This document shows, one piece after another, positions 37,507 to 50,664 of a stretch of 64,000 nt of DNA. The notes under the pieces are model-generated. The model was not told the origin of the DNA and made no database searches. It was given only the letters and a program-made list of their open reading frames with translations. Both the position numbers and the translations under genes were made by a program. This DNA comes from Utricularia gibba. Taxonomy: Eukaryota > Plantae > Magnoliophyta. The stretch is from NCBI GenBank assembly GCA_002189035.1, contig CM007992.1, forward strand, positions 1-64,000, written 5' to 3'. Position 1 is the stretch's first letter. Each line of letters starts with the position of its first letter.

Positions 37507-39375
37507 ATGGGAGTCACTTCTTCGATCGCTGCAAAGTTCGCTTTTTTCCCGCCTAACCCGCTGTCTTACACTGTCATCCATGCGAGTTGCGTGATGGAAC
37601 ACTCCGGATACCGGAGCTGCCCCCGAGAGAGGGCGTCCAAGTTTTGAAGGTGAGGACGCGAAGGGGTAACGACGTCGCTGCGGTGCATATCAGCCATCCT
37701 AAATCCACTGCACTGCTACCTTGCTGTACTCGCATGGCAACGCTGCTGATTTGGGCCAGATGTTTGAGCTGTTCGTCCAGATTACCCGGCGCTTACGGAT
37801 CAATCTGATTGGGTAATTTCCACCTACCCCATATATGTCCGTATTGGAGCTTTCGTTCATCCTTTTTAACTTTGAAATTTTACTAATTGTTGGATAATTT
37901 TTCCATTAAATTTGGAATCTTTGAAACCTACCCAAAAAATTTCAAGGATGCACCATTAAGACACAGGTTGTTACGATGTCTTAAATTTGATGACTAGGTT
38001 TCACGCTGCTGTTTTCTTTTGGAAGTTGTGATGTATGTCTTCCAAAGAAGACTTTTTTATTGAAGTATTGATTCCATGCGGCACCCACAGTGGGTTCCAA
38101 CCTCAATCAGCTGAACTTCTTTTCGTCTCCTGATGCTGCTTCGCCGATGGAAGTAGACATATTAGAATTAGAAATCCCTGCCCATTTGAATCTTCATTTT
38201 AACCCGCCCGTTGTTTATGGTCCTTTCAGCTACGATTACTCAGGATATGGGCAGTCCACTGGCAAGGTCAGAGGAACACTTAAACTTCCTGTGTTTTTAT
38301 CGCAGGTCCTTTTGTTTGCTGGGGATTGATTGTGTAGTACAGTGTCTTACATTCTTTCCCTCTCATAGGTCACTTCTTTTCTTCTTGCATTCTCTTTGTT
38401 TCATCTTTCTTTAACTGATTCCATTAATAAAATGTATATGCATATTTGAATTAGGTGCTCTCTGCATGAGTTTTCACTTTGATTTAGTTTTATGTCATGT
38501 GACACAAGTATCTATTTCCTTTGTAGCAGCCAGCTGAATATAATACATACGCAGACGTTGATGCTGTATATGAGTTATTGAAGGAGCAATATGGTGTCAA
38601 AGATGAGCAATTAATACTATATCGTCAGTCAGTTGGTAGTGGTCCCACCATTGATTTAGCCGTGCGTGTGCCCAAACTGAGAGGTGTAGTCTTACACAGC
38701 CCAATTTTATCTGGTTTAAGGGTATTGTATCAGGTTGAGGACGTTTTGGTTCGACATTTACAAGGTACTTGCCTTGTATAGTTCTGTTGGTTCCATTGCT
38801 CGTGTGATATTTTTTTCCTCAAGTTTCCATATTCATGGCAGAACATACACAAAATTGGTGCAGTAAAGTGTCCGGTTCTTGTTATTCATGTAAGTTCTAT
38901 ATTCGATGGCATTGCGTCGTGAAAGATTTGGTATCGTATTTTCTGGTTCTGGATGCAATAGTCATATTTCATAAAAGGGCTGATCTAGAGAATGATTCTC
39001 CCATTTATAGGGTACAGCTGATGAAGTTGTTGATTGCTCCCATGGTAAGAAACTCTGGGAGCTTTGCATGGAAAAATATGAACCCTTATGGGTAAGTGGT
39101 GGGGTCATTGCAATCTTGAGCTTTATCCAGAATTCATAAAGCATCGGAAGTAGTTTGTATTGACTCTTGGAAGATCGAAGTCAGTGATGAATGACTCAGC
39201 CACAGTGCCTAATGGTAGGGCCGGTGAAGGTGGAGATAGAGATGCATTCGAGGAGGAGATTGGATAGTCATCTAGAAAAGTTTAAGAAGGTTGAGAAGCC
39301 TGAGAAATCAAGAACAAGAGTATAGACCATCTCGACAGATTATTCAGGACAGTGAAGGGAGGTTGCATTCCCTGA
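37507..39375 (+). pseudogene. ABHD17: Alpha/beta hydrolase ABHD17-like (depalmitoylase), intron-containing pseudogene
   Basis: Motifs [50 protein letters not shown] and [12 protein letters not shown], but with a 5-bp duplication, a 2-bp deletion, 1-bp deletions, a premature TAG (39151) and a GxSxG to RQSVG change. The 3' end is approximate. Confidence 0.8.
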
Positions 39376-39977
39376 TCTTCCATACACGATGAGTTCGCGG
39401 CTTGTTGGGGAGGAAGCATGCTTTGTAAGTTGTCTGTCTGGTTTTGAGTCTGAAGCGTACTCAACTCTTACTTCATGCGACAAATCTGTATAGCTGTATA
39501 TTATCCTGATAAAACGTTCACCTGAAGACGATTCTGCTTCTCTAACGTTTGCCTATTTGTTACGCTTTTTAAGTTTCCACTCAGAAGCCACAGCTAGTAA
39601 AACTGGAAGTTGAAAAAAATAACCAAAGCCTGTTTTGCCTTTTTTTTTCAGTCAAAAAAGGATTAAATTTATGGATGTGACCTGCGACCCAAAGCACAAG
39701 TTGGTTATGTTTTGTGGGCCGTCAATGATCATCTGACAGAGAGGAGAGGGGTCGGGACTTGGAGAAGAAAAAAAGTAGAACAAAAGTAGAACAAAAGCAT
39801 AGAAAACAAGAGAGAGGGGCATATGATGCGGATCTCCTCATCATCAAACACACCCCAAACAGCACTGCAATTCAATGAATTCAATTCTGGAGACGCATAT
39901 CATCCATCAGCATGGCGAAGAAGAAAAAAAAAACACATTGAATGAAATGGATGGCTTTGGAGATGAGATCCATCAAT

Positions 39978-40727
39978 TCAGTTCTTCTTGTTGATCCGGC
40001 CGGAGAATATGGAAGGGAGAAGATTGGGGGCAAAAGGACGTTAAGTATTGGCTGGAATTTCACACCATGGTAATAATTTGTACTTGGGTTGTTGCTCTTG
40101 GGCTTCCAGGGTGGCCTCGACGTGGAGGTGCTGGAATTGGAGCCGGAATAACAAGATGACGTGTTGTTGCCTTTGTCTTTGTGGTGTTTGAGAATATTAT
40201 TATTACTGGTGTGCTGCTGGTGGTGCTTGGTGTGTGGCCGTTGCTTCCCCGTGGTGCTGGAACCTGTGGAGAAGCTTCTAGAGAGAAGGGGAGCGGGCAT
40301 AGGCTGCTCCCACTATGCCCCCCTCCGCAGTTAAGACTGGAGCTGCGCCTGAACAGCCACGAAGACGAAGACTTGGGCTTTTCCGAGCTCCTCCGACTAG
40401 CCTTTCCCGGTGATTCCGGTGGCGGTAAATCTTCAACTTCAACTGCAACTGCAACGGGGGTCGGTGGTGCATTTGGGATTGGGGCAGTTTTTTCTTGACC
40501 TGTATCGGAAGGATCTTCCCGTCAAAAAAAAGCTCGTCGGCGGAGGAGGCTTCGTAGCAGTCGAAAGTCTGTCTGAAAACGCAGAAATCAAAATCACAAG
40601 AGGGCGCCTGCGATCGGATGTAGTGCTCCTCCACGGGGACAGCTTCCGATGGGTGGGGAAGATCATGAGAGAAGGAGATACGAGGGCTGCTCATCCCCAA
40701 AATAGGGCTGTCTGGGAAGGCTTCCAT
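39978..40727 (-). CDS. Intronless uncharacterised plant protein (At1g67050-like / membrane-associated kinase regulator-like motifs)
   Basis: SPRISFSHD, DFDFC, SADELFFDGKILP, WLFRRSSSLNCG and PLLSRSFSTGS lie in successive frames separated by 1-bp C-run deletions. The end is inferred. Confidence 0.72.
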
Positions 40728-41813
40728 CCCCAAGAATATATCTCCCCTCCAGCTCCACAGACAACAAACTCAATCTGGAAGGAAGAGCAAGCATGCATAT
40801 CATATCACGGCAGCTGTGTGTGATTTTTGGGGGGGCACTCCCTCCACCATTCATTGGTAAGTGGTAAGATGTCACATGGAAGTATCCCAATATACTTGAA
40901 CCCACGATAAGGTTAAAGGTAGAGGGAGGATATGCCAGGTGCTGCTTTTCTTCTTTCAACAAGCAGTAAGGGTACTGTTACTGGTACTGGTATGGGTATG
41001 TAGCTGATCTGCGCTGAAAGCTGGTGGTATCGGAATAAAGTAAAAAAGAAAGTGTACACAAGAGATAGATGGTAGGAAAAGGAATAATGCAAGCTTCCAG
41101 ACAAAGTAATATTAGGCATGAATTAGGTTGAGGGTGGCGTAAAAGGCGATGCCTTTTTGATTTGATGGGCTCCGGATGCATCTTGGAGCGCTTTTGGTTT
41201 GCGTGAAGTGAAGTCACCCGAGTCGAGTGGCGTCGTGGCGTCTCCTCTCCTCTCCTGCCAGTCGGCAAATGTGACGAAAACTACAAAAATACCAAGTGAA
41301 TAACGACACACCGTCATTGTCCTCCCCCTTATCTCCTAAGCCGAAGCATTTCGCCACCTCTTGAACTCAATCACGCCTTGCCCAATTGACCTCCTGTTAC
41401 TGCATACTTTTTCATTGCAACTGCATCCTCAGCTACAGTGGAAAAATTCACTGAACTGGAGCCGGCCCAGAGCAGGAGCCCCACTAATCTCATGTGAGTG
41501 CGCGGCTTCAAAAACGTTTCCGCCAATAAACACAAAAGCCCATTGGATGGGCGACTTCTGGCGGAGGAGGGACTTGAAAACTGGGATCTATCTCACTGAC
41601 CCCACTCGCCAGTTAGGACAACTAACCTTTTGCTCTCTAAAAGACTGATGGTTCAAAATTCAAAATGCTGAACGGAATACAAGTCCAGAAAATTTCAGGA
41701 CCGGGGACTCTTACGCGGTTACGCCTTTCCTCCAATTAACTTCCTAGTTTTCGTCTTGGCTCTTGCTCGACTCGAGGGTTTCTGCTCTGTGAACAGGGGC
41801 AGGATCGATAAGC

Positions 41814-43755
41814 ATGGACCCCAATTGGGAACTGAGAGGTTGCTGTGATCATGAACAGAGGGCGTTTCTTATTACCGTTGGGGTCTTCACTCTTGCTATT
41901 CTCGCCGTGAGTTTTCCTTACAGCGTTTCTTACTCTTGTTGGATTCTGTTTTACTATCTCACCATCTTGATGTATATGCTGCACCTATTTGCCACATCTT
42001 TGCGAATCATACTGCCTCCTTCTCCAGCACAATTCGTTATTGGTTTTGTGGCTTAAGTATCCGTATTTCCCGGAAAACAGAATTTTATGATACTTTTTGA
42101 CTAGGAAAAAGATAATTCACCTTTCATTCAAACTTGCGATATATAGCTGCATTAGGGTATTTCTGTGAAAGAAAAGTGTGGGCAAAGCTCATCATGAAGC
42201 AGAGACTAATCTTGGGCAATACCAAATTTCTGTGAAAGAAAAGTGGGTGGGTGGGTGGTGTAAGCAAGATTTGGATCTTAGTTTTTCTCAGTTAAGATTG
42301 TGCTACAGTTCACAAATTTCGCTTACAAAAAACATTTTTGTAGGCTTCATCATCCAGTCTGCTCAAGTATTTGGTTTCCATTTTTTTTTCTTTTTCTTTT
42401 TCTTTTTCTTTTTTTTTTAAACTTTGTCTTCAGCTTGTTGAGAAACAGCAGTTTCTGATTGCATGTGATGATATGACAGCTCTGGAGGACATTTTTACTT
42501 ACGCCTTTTAAGCTCATTACTGTATTTCTTCACGAAGCAAGTCATGCAATTGCTTGTAAGCTTACATGTGGTCAGGTAGACTGCTTTATTGTTTAACTTG
42601 CTCATAGTATGTTTCCCTTTTCTCTTTAAAATCAACTTAGTTTCCCACCCTGATTTAAGGTGGAGGGCATGGAAGTACATGCAAATGAAGGTGGAGCCAC
42701 TCAAACACGTGGTGGAATTTACTGGCTAATACTGCCTGCTGGATGTAAGGTCTTTTTTCCCTTAAAGTTTTTCTTTTGAGAACAAATTTTCAAAATCCTT
42801 GTCAACTGTGTCTTGTGTCCTAGCATGACGCTCTTTGAACATTCTCTTACGAAGTTTGTGATTTTATGTTGTCTCATAATAAAGATCTTGGTTCATCATT
42901 TTGGGCATGGTTCTGATACTTGCGTCAACAAACCTCTTAACTTCGAGGATTGCCGCTGGTTGCCTCATTCTTTCTCTTCTTATTGTGCTCTTCATTGCCA
43001 AAAACGTAAGGACTGTGAATCGAGTAAATATTGTTCCTTCTTCATCTTTGTTTATTATTTTACATTGACCTATTCTTCTGCAGTGGACTTTACGAGGCTT
43101 ATGCATTGGTAAGTTCACTTTTAAGCTGCTGTAATATAAACCGTGACTGTAAATTCTTCAGAGCTTATGACCAAGGGAGGAGTATTGCACTATTTGTGTG
43201 AATGGATGGCTTGACAGGATTTATCATTTTTATTGCGGTGATTTGGGTTATACAAGAATTCACAACAGTTCGTATCCTCCGTTACATTATTCTCTTCATT
43301 GGTAACCCTGCAATATTTCTTTTCAAGTTGTACAGAAATGGTCTTCCAAAATGTGTCAGTTTCTCATACACATGCATTTGTTGATGGCAGGCGTGATGAA
43401 CAGCTTGTTTTCTGTCTGGGGTAGTAAAACCTGCACCGCACCCATCTATCTATCTGTCTTTGTCTTGATGAAGTAGTTTATATGAGATGATGTGGGCTGC
43501 GATGCAGATATATATGACGACTTGATATCCCGAAGAGTTCACTCAAGTGATGCGGAGAAGTTTGCAGAGCTTTGTCCCTGCCCCTGCACTGGAACTGGGT
43601 GGGAGTTATTTGGTAAGGCTTTAACTCGCCTGTCCTACCCTGGCCGGCGCTATCACAGTTGGTTTAATAGTGAACAATGTTTTTTTTGTAGGGGAATGAT
43701 ATCATTTGTATTTCTATGCGCAGCAATATACCTTGGTCTGGTCATCTTGTCTTGA
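41814..43755 (+). CDS. Peptidase M50B-like membrane protein
   Basis: MDPNWELRGCCDHEQ...|LWRTFLLTPFKLITVFLHEASHAIACKLTCG (HExxH)|VEGMEVHANEGGATQTRGG|...DIYDDLISRRVHSSDAEKFAELCPCPC...GLVILS*. One G missing at 42903-42905. Confidence 0.9.
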
Positions 43756-44088
43756 AGAGGGCCTAGGGTCGCCCATACTAGCTAGCCATTCATTTGTTTC
43801 AGTTCACTGAACTAACGCCAGCCGTTCATTTGTGTAGCATATTGTATTCATTCTTGGTTGCTCCGGACTCTGGAGCTGCTCCAAGTCCCGCTTATGTATG
43901 CTACTTACCCTGATGAATGAACCGTTTTACCAAAACAAATCAAGGCGGCCACCCATTTTAAGTGACCTGCCTTCGCCCCCGCCGCCCTTTGTCGAATAAA
44001 CAAAGCCGGGCATTATTAGTACTGATCTGCATTGTATCGTCAGTGGGTATTCGATCAACATTGATCTTGGAATGACAGAGGAGAATAA

Positions 44089-45918
44089 TCAACAATGGTG
44101 ATGGAGCCAAGAAACGATATCATCAAAAACACCAAGAATGATGTCATCTGGTTCGCCTTCAAGAAGGGCGTGCCACGCAGCTTCATAAAGGATGAGTTTT
44201 TTGTCTGTGCTGCTCGCCTTCTCGTACAACGCCTTGCTCACGGATGGATCCGTGACCTTGTCCTCCTCCCGTGCAGGATGAGCAACGGCAGGCAGACCTA
44301 TAAGTGCACGCACTCATTGCAAGCTTATGAAGTCGAACACACACCAACCTACAAAAACGACAATCTCAACCTTTTGTAGCTGACGCTCTATCTCCCCTGT
44401 TGTCCGAAGCAACTCCAAGGCTGTTCCCAATCGCGGCTTGTCTTTGTATGCAATCACGTTATATGTACACTGAAGGACCGTACACAAGGACGCTATGTCA
44501 TCAAAGCGAGATATGGCTGCGGGTGTCTTGCTTCTTTGAAAACCAACCAACCTGTTGTCTCTTTTTCTCTTGTTTGAATGCTAAAGCAGCCAAATCCTTG
44601 TGCGGAACAAGTTTAAGTGTGGGTAGTAGCTTTGCAATTCCTGTTAGAATTTGGGTCACCGGCCAAGGAGGAACAACTTCATCCGAAATCTGTCGGAGGG
44701 AAATAGAATGAATTTATTCAACATCCTCACTCAATTCACAATCTATAGAAACATTCACTCACTCGCGAGCAACAAAGCAACTACCTTGCACATGGGTGCA
44801 ACAAGAACAGCACCATCCCAACTGTCTGGTTGTTTAAAGTGCATCTTCAACGCTACGGCTCCACCCATGGATTGTCCAAAGAGGAAGCATGGCACCTTTC
44901 CATATTCCCAGTTTTCTGCAATCTCAGAGCTTTAATCATAGCCAAACCCCACGTACGCATCGAAAAGCTTCGCGTTCCGTTTACCTTTTACTTTGGAATA
45001 ATACTCCGCAGCATCATTCACCATAGTGTCAAAGCTTGGAATGTATCCGTGAAGGCCTTCTGACAACCCGAATCCTGGGTAATCCATTGCAAAAACTCCG
45101 AAACCATAAGACGCTATCCTCCTAGCGATACCTGATGTTGAAAAAGAAAAACAATCCCATCATATTCTCAAGTACTAGAAGCTACTAAAAAAAACCAGTC
45201 GTACACTGAAACCTTCAATGAAAAATGTAGAGGTATCACCATAGCCATGGCAAACACAAACAATGGCTTTTGGAGGAGCATCTCCTGGAAGCCAACTCTT
45301 GGTAAAAATCTCCAGGCCCCTGGAATTTACTTCATATGTCTGTTGCAGCGAATATTTGTACTTCAACCGATAAATCAATGTAAAGCAAGTTCTCGAATAA
45401 AACCTATCTTTTTTGTTGAAATGAATCTGATGATTAACATTCTAGAACTGCTAGAGAACACGGCATTCAATGAGCAATACCCCTATACCTCCAGTTAAAC
45501 TGAAAAATTCAGAGGCATGTCTCACTGGATGAAGAATATGGATGAACCTTTACCTCTGTCATCTTCAAATCTTCACATGGAGTCTGCAACCAGAACGAAA
45601 AAGTTGACAAATGTTAAATCCAGCATAAAACAGATGGTAGACTCAACCTAAATTCCTAAAAGCGATTTTAGGATCATATGTTAGAAAAAAAATGAGGGTG
45701 CCAAAAATTTGTCAAATATATCACGAATCGACCTTCCTTGAGAAATATATGTACATAGAGCAACCATCCAGTACCTTGAACAAGACATGATCAAGGGAGA
45801 GCTGAATATCCTTGAAGGCTTCCCGAACTCGACGCCTCTGAGCTACCTCATCCATGTTCGCATTCAGAATATTCTGCAATTCTTGGGTGATGCCCTCAAA
45901 CTTGAGAGAATTGCCCAT
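44089..45918 (-). CDS. Monoacylglycerol lipase / caffeoylshikimate esterase-like alpha/beta hydrolase
   Basis: EVNSRGLEIFTKSWLP..VCVCHGYGDTSTFF, YKDKPRLGTALELLRTT, EEDKVTDPSVSKALYEKASSTDKKLILYEAAWHALLEGEPDD. Confidence 0.9.
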
Positions 45919-46622
45919 CAACTCGACACTTCCCCTAGACTTACAAAACGCTGCACAACAGAATTAAAAAAACCCAGAAAGACTTTCGATTTACAATGAG
46001 AAAGGAAAGAGAGGCACACGGTGACGCACGATTGATAGCAGGCTTGCGTTTGCCAATGATGGGAGTGGGGGCCCTCAACACAACTTTCAACCCTAGGGAC
46101 ATCTCATTTATAATAGCAAAGATCCGAGCTTTCCTTGAATCGTTGAATTTGACGATCGCAACTGTTTAGCACTCGAATTCCCCAAAAAGTCTGTCTATGG
46201 TTACCAGGCATACCCATACTCGTTTCTTTAGACAAAGAATGCACGGGCCATCCCGTGCTGCCGCAGCAGCAATAAACACTCTCCCTCCCAGACTGGAATT
46301 CACGTTTCTTTCTACCACTTGACAAATATATTTATCTAATAGCACCATAGCAATGAACCTAAAAACTTAATGAGATTGTTGTTTGTTTATTTCTCCTCAT
46401 GTGCGTGAGAGAAGGGGAAACGGCAGTGTGTGAGACTCTGAAACAGGGGAGATGCTATGGATATGTTCGGAATGCATAGCGGTTTTATTTATTGATCGTT
46501 GTAACAAACACGTGAGTGGTAACAACAACAGCAGCAGCACATAAGACACCCATTGATGCGGAACGGGAAAGCAAAACCCCAGTCTTTCTCTTCTCTAGTT
46601 GAGTAGAGATTAGAAATGTTGT

Positions 46623-47328
46623 TTAGGTGGGCTTGTAGGCGATGAAACTGCATATCTGGACTTGGCGGACGTTGTCGAATCCTATGATTCTAATGTGAGC
46701 ATCGGGGTGTGCCTTCTTTGCCTCCTGCACCTCGGCCAGCACCTGGGACGAGTCTGTGCACCCGAACATGGGAAGCTTCCACATCGTCCAGTACCTGCCG
46801 TCGTAGTACCCTGGCGATTTGTGGTTCTCGCGGTACACAAACGCTTCCTGCGCCACCACCACAAAACGCATTCTAATAGCTGAAAGAAAGAAGAGGCAGG
46901 CATTTATAAATTGGCTACTCACCCCGAGTGTGAATTCGAGGCAAGGGATCAGCTTTAAGCGGAGAAGGTAGTCGACTTGCTTCGCTAGTTGCTCGGGAGT
47001 CAGGTCGGGGAGATAGGACAGAGTTTCGAACTTCTTCAGCCCCACCGTCGGCCAAACCTGCGGAGCGAAACAAGAATACATCAATGTCATGGAGGTGCAC
47101 ATCATAACAACTGCTTCCGAATTCTAGTGGTAGATAGTATACTTTCATGCACTGCACTCTTCCGCCGTTGGTGGCGAGGGAGGTGATGCTGTCATTGGAC
47201 TTCCTGGTGAGAGGGAAACCCCCCACGGACTTCAGGCCAGTGAAGGGGGCCACCATGTTGGCCTGTCCGTGCCCGTGTGTGGCCACAGCGCTGGCGCTCG
47301 CGGTGGAAAAGAGAGTGGAGGTGGCCAT
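46623..47328 (-). CDS. RBCS: Rubisco small subunit with transit peptide, 3 exons
   Basis: [10 protein letters not shown]...NGGRVQCMK|[19 protein letters not shown]...PCLEF|[29 protein letters not shown]...[13 protein letters not shown]. Confidence 0.98.
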
Positions 47329-47435
47329 CGATCGCTCTCTCCGCAACTAGCAGAAGAGAAGATGGAAATGGGGAGCCGGTGCTTGATTCCCTGGGGCGGT
47401 GGGTTATGTATATGAAGCAGCAGGGCATCCTGGGC

Positions 47436-47543
47436 CGTAGGATTGGCATCGTGTGGCTCCTAGAAGTGCGTTCCTTATCATGAGCAAGCACCCATCAGCC
47501 ATCCACTTGGTGTCAGGCTGTCAGCACACACAGCACCTTATCC
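47436..47543 (-). promoter_or_regulatory. RbcS light-responsive module: I-box / G-box-like / I-box plus CCAAT
   Basis: On the minus strand: GGATAAGG (47536-47543), CCAAGTGG (47503-47510), GATAAGG (47473-47479) and GCCAAT (~47442). Confidence 0.7.
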
Positions 47544-50500
47544 GATCACCCACTAAATGGGAGGTCATAGAAGTGGTTCTCGTACTCTGATGTTACGTTC
47601 TTCGCATCTAAGAAAGCTCCTCTTCAATGACTCCTATTTTTAAAACCCTTTCCAATTCAGTGCTTTTTTTTATTTTTTTAAAGAAAAGGAAATTATTTTC
47701 CCGGTACAACCCATGTGTATAAATCAATTTAGCTGATCAGTGTATAAATAAATACTCATTGTGCAGTGAATGCAACTTCAATTATTTTCATGTGAAATGT
47801 GTTGATGTGTATGTTTTGTAATAAAAGTTACCACGTACATGGGAGACCATTGTGAAAATGGGCCTGCCTCGTTCCGTACAACTTAGAAGCGAACAGACAC
47901 GCGCCATTCAATGGATGTTGGATTGAAAGATGGACATAAGGACGTGCAACCCAAAAATACATTATTGTATGGATGGAATATGGATAATGTATTCTTATGT
48001 GAGAACCCGCTAGAAATGCGAATGGTATGATGCTAGGAGCGCACTGAGCTCCAGACACATATCTGGGAACTGAATTCACCCTCCCTACTTGCGTTTGGGT
48101 TCACATCTGGATCTGAATGAAGGAGCTTGATCATAGTGTAGAATGTCTCTCCCATGTCCTTATCCAGACTTAGATAATTCCTTCCTTGTAGCCTGATGCA
48201 ATTTGATTCAAACTTAATCTTAACACTATGATCATTGGAGCATGCCTATGGGGAATTTTCTTCAATCAAAGGACTTTTGGTTTTGATAGAACGCGGCTAC
48301 ATATGGAAGAAGTTCAATCAGAATACAATCCGCCATCTAACACAATAAATGCATTGATTAAAAAATATCAATCGACCGAAGACACAAGATATTTTAAAAA
48401 ATAAGCGATAAAGTAAGGGTGATCAATTTTCTATTTGAAACAAGAGTGTTGTTGGGCAGGAGTAGTGATCCAACTTGGTAACGGAAATTGGAGCATACGG
48501 GTGCACAAGCTATCGATGTTTTAATTGGATTGCAGGAGAGGGAATCAGGGAACGGTGTGGCACTCTCCGTCTCTCCGTCTCTCTCTCACTGTGCCTGCTT
48601 TCTAAGGGCATAATTTATCAATTCATGGCCCGTGGCTTCAAGTTAAAATAAGGAATAGGAGCAAGATAGCAGCAGCAAAGAGTGAGCCCCAGGTGGAAGG
48701 ATTTAGTGAACAACAAATCGTTGCATGTCCTTGCTTCTGTGGAATGACGACCACTGTTTCTAGACTTCTTTCAACAAAATCCCCCCCATGAAGTAACGCA
48801 TAGCGTGGATGAATTCATTATTCAGGGGAGTGGGTTGTGCTCTGTGTTCATCATCTATTATATAGCATGGACAGGATGATGATTTTCAGTGCAGGACGTT
48901 GATTGGAACAGGCAATGTGAAATTAATTGGATGCTGATTGAATGAATCAGTACACAATTGAACAAAGATGAAGCATTGAAAATTTGAAACACTAGAACAA
49001 AGCAACCATATGACACACTTGAACAACATGACATCTATAAATACTATGACTCCAACTGATGAAAGAAAAGTAAGAATGCTGTAATGCAAGACCGGAAGGA
49101 CTAGTAGTGTGAGTCTTGTTGAATGATGTTACAATCATGTCTCAGACATTACTGGTATTGATATAGTTGGTGATAATGTAGTTACCTTCAACAGTTTCCA
49201 ACATATTCCTGTGTAACATTTCATCAACTACACGCAGACCACCTTAAATTTCCATATCAAGAATGGTATCGAGGGCTTTTGGAAGATGGAACCCAAATCC
49301 CCGTCTTTAAAAACTAACATAACTCATCAACTACACCAACCCCCTTGCCCTTGCCCTACACCATTTTGGATTTCTTTTGTTTTCCAGGGTTGCTGGACGC
49401 CTTGTAATACTTTCACTGCTGCACTTGTTCAACAAAAGAGTATGCTATGGCTCTGAGAATTCAAGACACGGTTTATATCAATCACAAACCCGGCTGGTCG
49501 GTCGGTCAGTTATCCACGACAGCAGCTCATTGTCTTGCCTTCAATATTCAATTCAGAAAACCCAAATCCATAACGCCCAGCACTTGTTAGAATCTGTGCG
49601 TAAGCTCAGTTGCCCACAAACGAAACCACATGCGGTAATTCCCAGTGGCTACTTCTATTTTTATGTATGCTAAAATTTTACAGAGAAAGCTAATTTAACT
49701 TTAGCCTTTCCAGAGCTGCCATACCCCACTTACGTTTTTACATAATAATTTCCAAGTGCGACCTGATTTCATGCTTATTGGATGTGGTGTTGCTTGCCAA
49801 ATCCTTTTTTTTAACCGAAAGTTGAGGTGAGTGAGGTAGCTGCGCCGGTGGAATCTCATTCACTCATTCTCCGCCAGATGGCTTCCTTTCACCACTCACG
49901 TGTCACCTTGCAGACCCTACCGGCTGCTCAACAGAACCAGTTGTGCTCTCCTGTGGAAACAAGGTAAGCTCTTGGTAGCCCTGCTTTCCGCCTCTGCCTC
50001 GTTCCTCAACTCGAGTCCTCCCGGACACCTAAACATTTACCTATCTGTTTCTCGGACGCTCCTCCTCTCTCTCTGCCATTCCCCCAGGGCTGGGTTTCGA
50101 CGCTCGGCCAAAACTCCAACAACCGTTTCTTCTTTGCCTCTCACTTTTTCAGACGTCACATTAATTGCGATCAAGTACTGATATTCAACTGCACTTGTCC
50201 TTTCGCTCCACCTCACTCCGTCTTTTGTTGTATTCCCTGCGGGTTAGAATTTATCCCTCCCTTAACTCCTTTCGTTTTTGTCTTCGATTTCCAGGCTACT
50301 ACGATGAAGCTTTTCGATGGTATCTTAATTTTTTCCTGTTGGGCCTTTTCTCCTATGACAATTTTATTTGCTCTTTGAATGGCTTGGCTTTTCCTTTGTT
50401 TTCCTTTGCATTCCAGCAAGTAGGCTAATTTCCATTGAGAAGATGTGCATAAGCACAAGCAATCGTTATGTTGAATGGCGTTAAATTTTACATCTATAGT

Positions 50501-50664
50501 TGCCTAACCAACGATCATACACTATCATCACTTTCTTCAATGGAAGCACCAGTGGATGTCAAGGGCAAGATTGGCATTATTTTTTTTGTCTTTCAGAATA
50601 GAAAGAACAAAGACTTGGAACCATTATTCCTTAGGATACAAAGCTGTTTATGATCAAAGCCCTA

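Noticed and set aside
26698-47328. PEPCK and RbcS near each other as a carbon-concentrating gene cluster
   Set aside because: They are 16 kb apart with about ten unrelated genes between them. Ordinary gene order explains this.
47706-47842. Weak inverted repeat CCCATGT...ACATGGG as a MITE
   Set aside because: The match is short and imperfect and there is no TSD.
48050-48260. Stop-free minus-strand stretch (SNDHSVKIKFESNC...) vaguely like copia pol
   Set aside because: The similarity is too weak to support without a search, and no other retroelement hallmarks are nearby.
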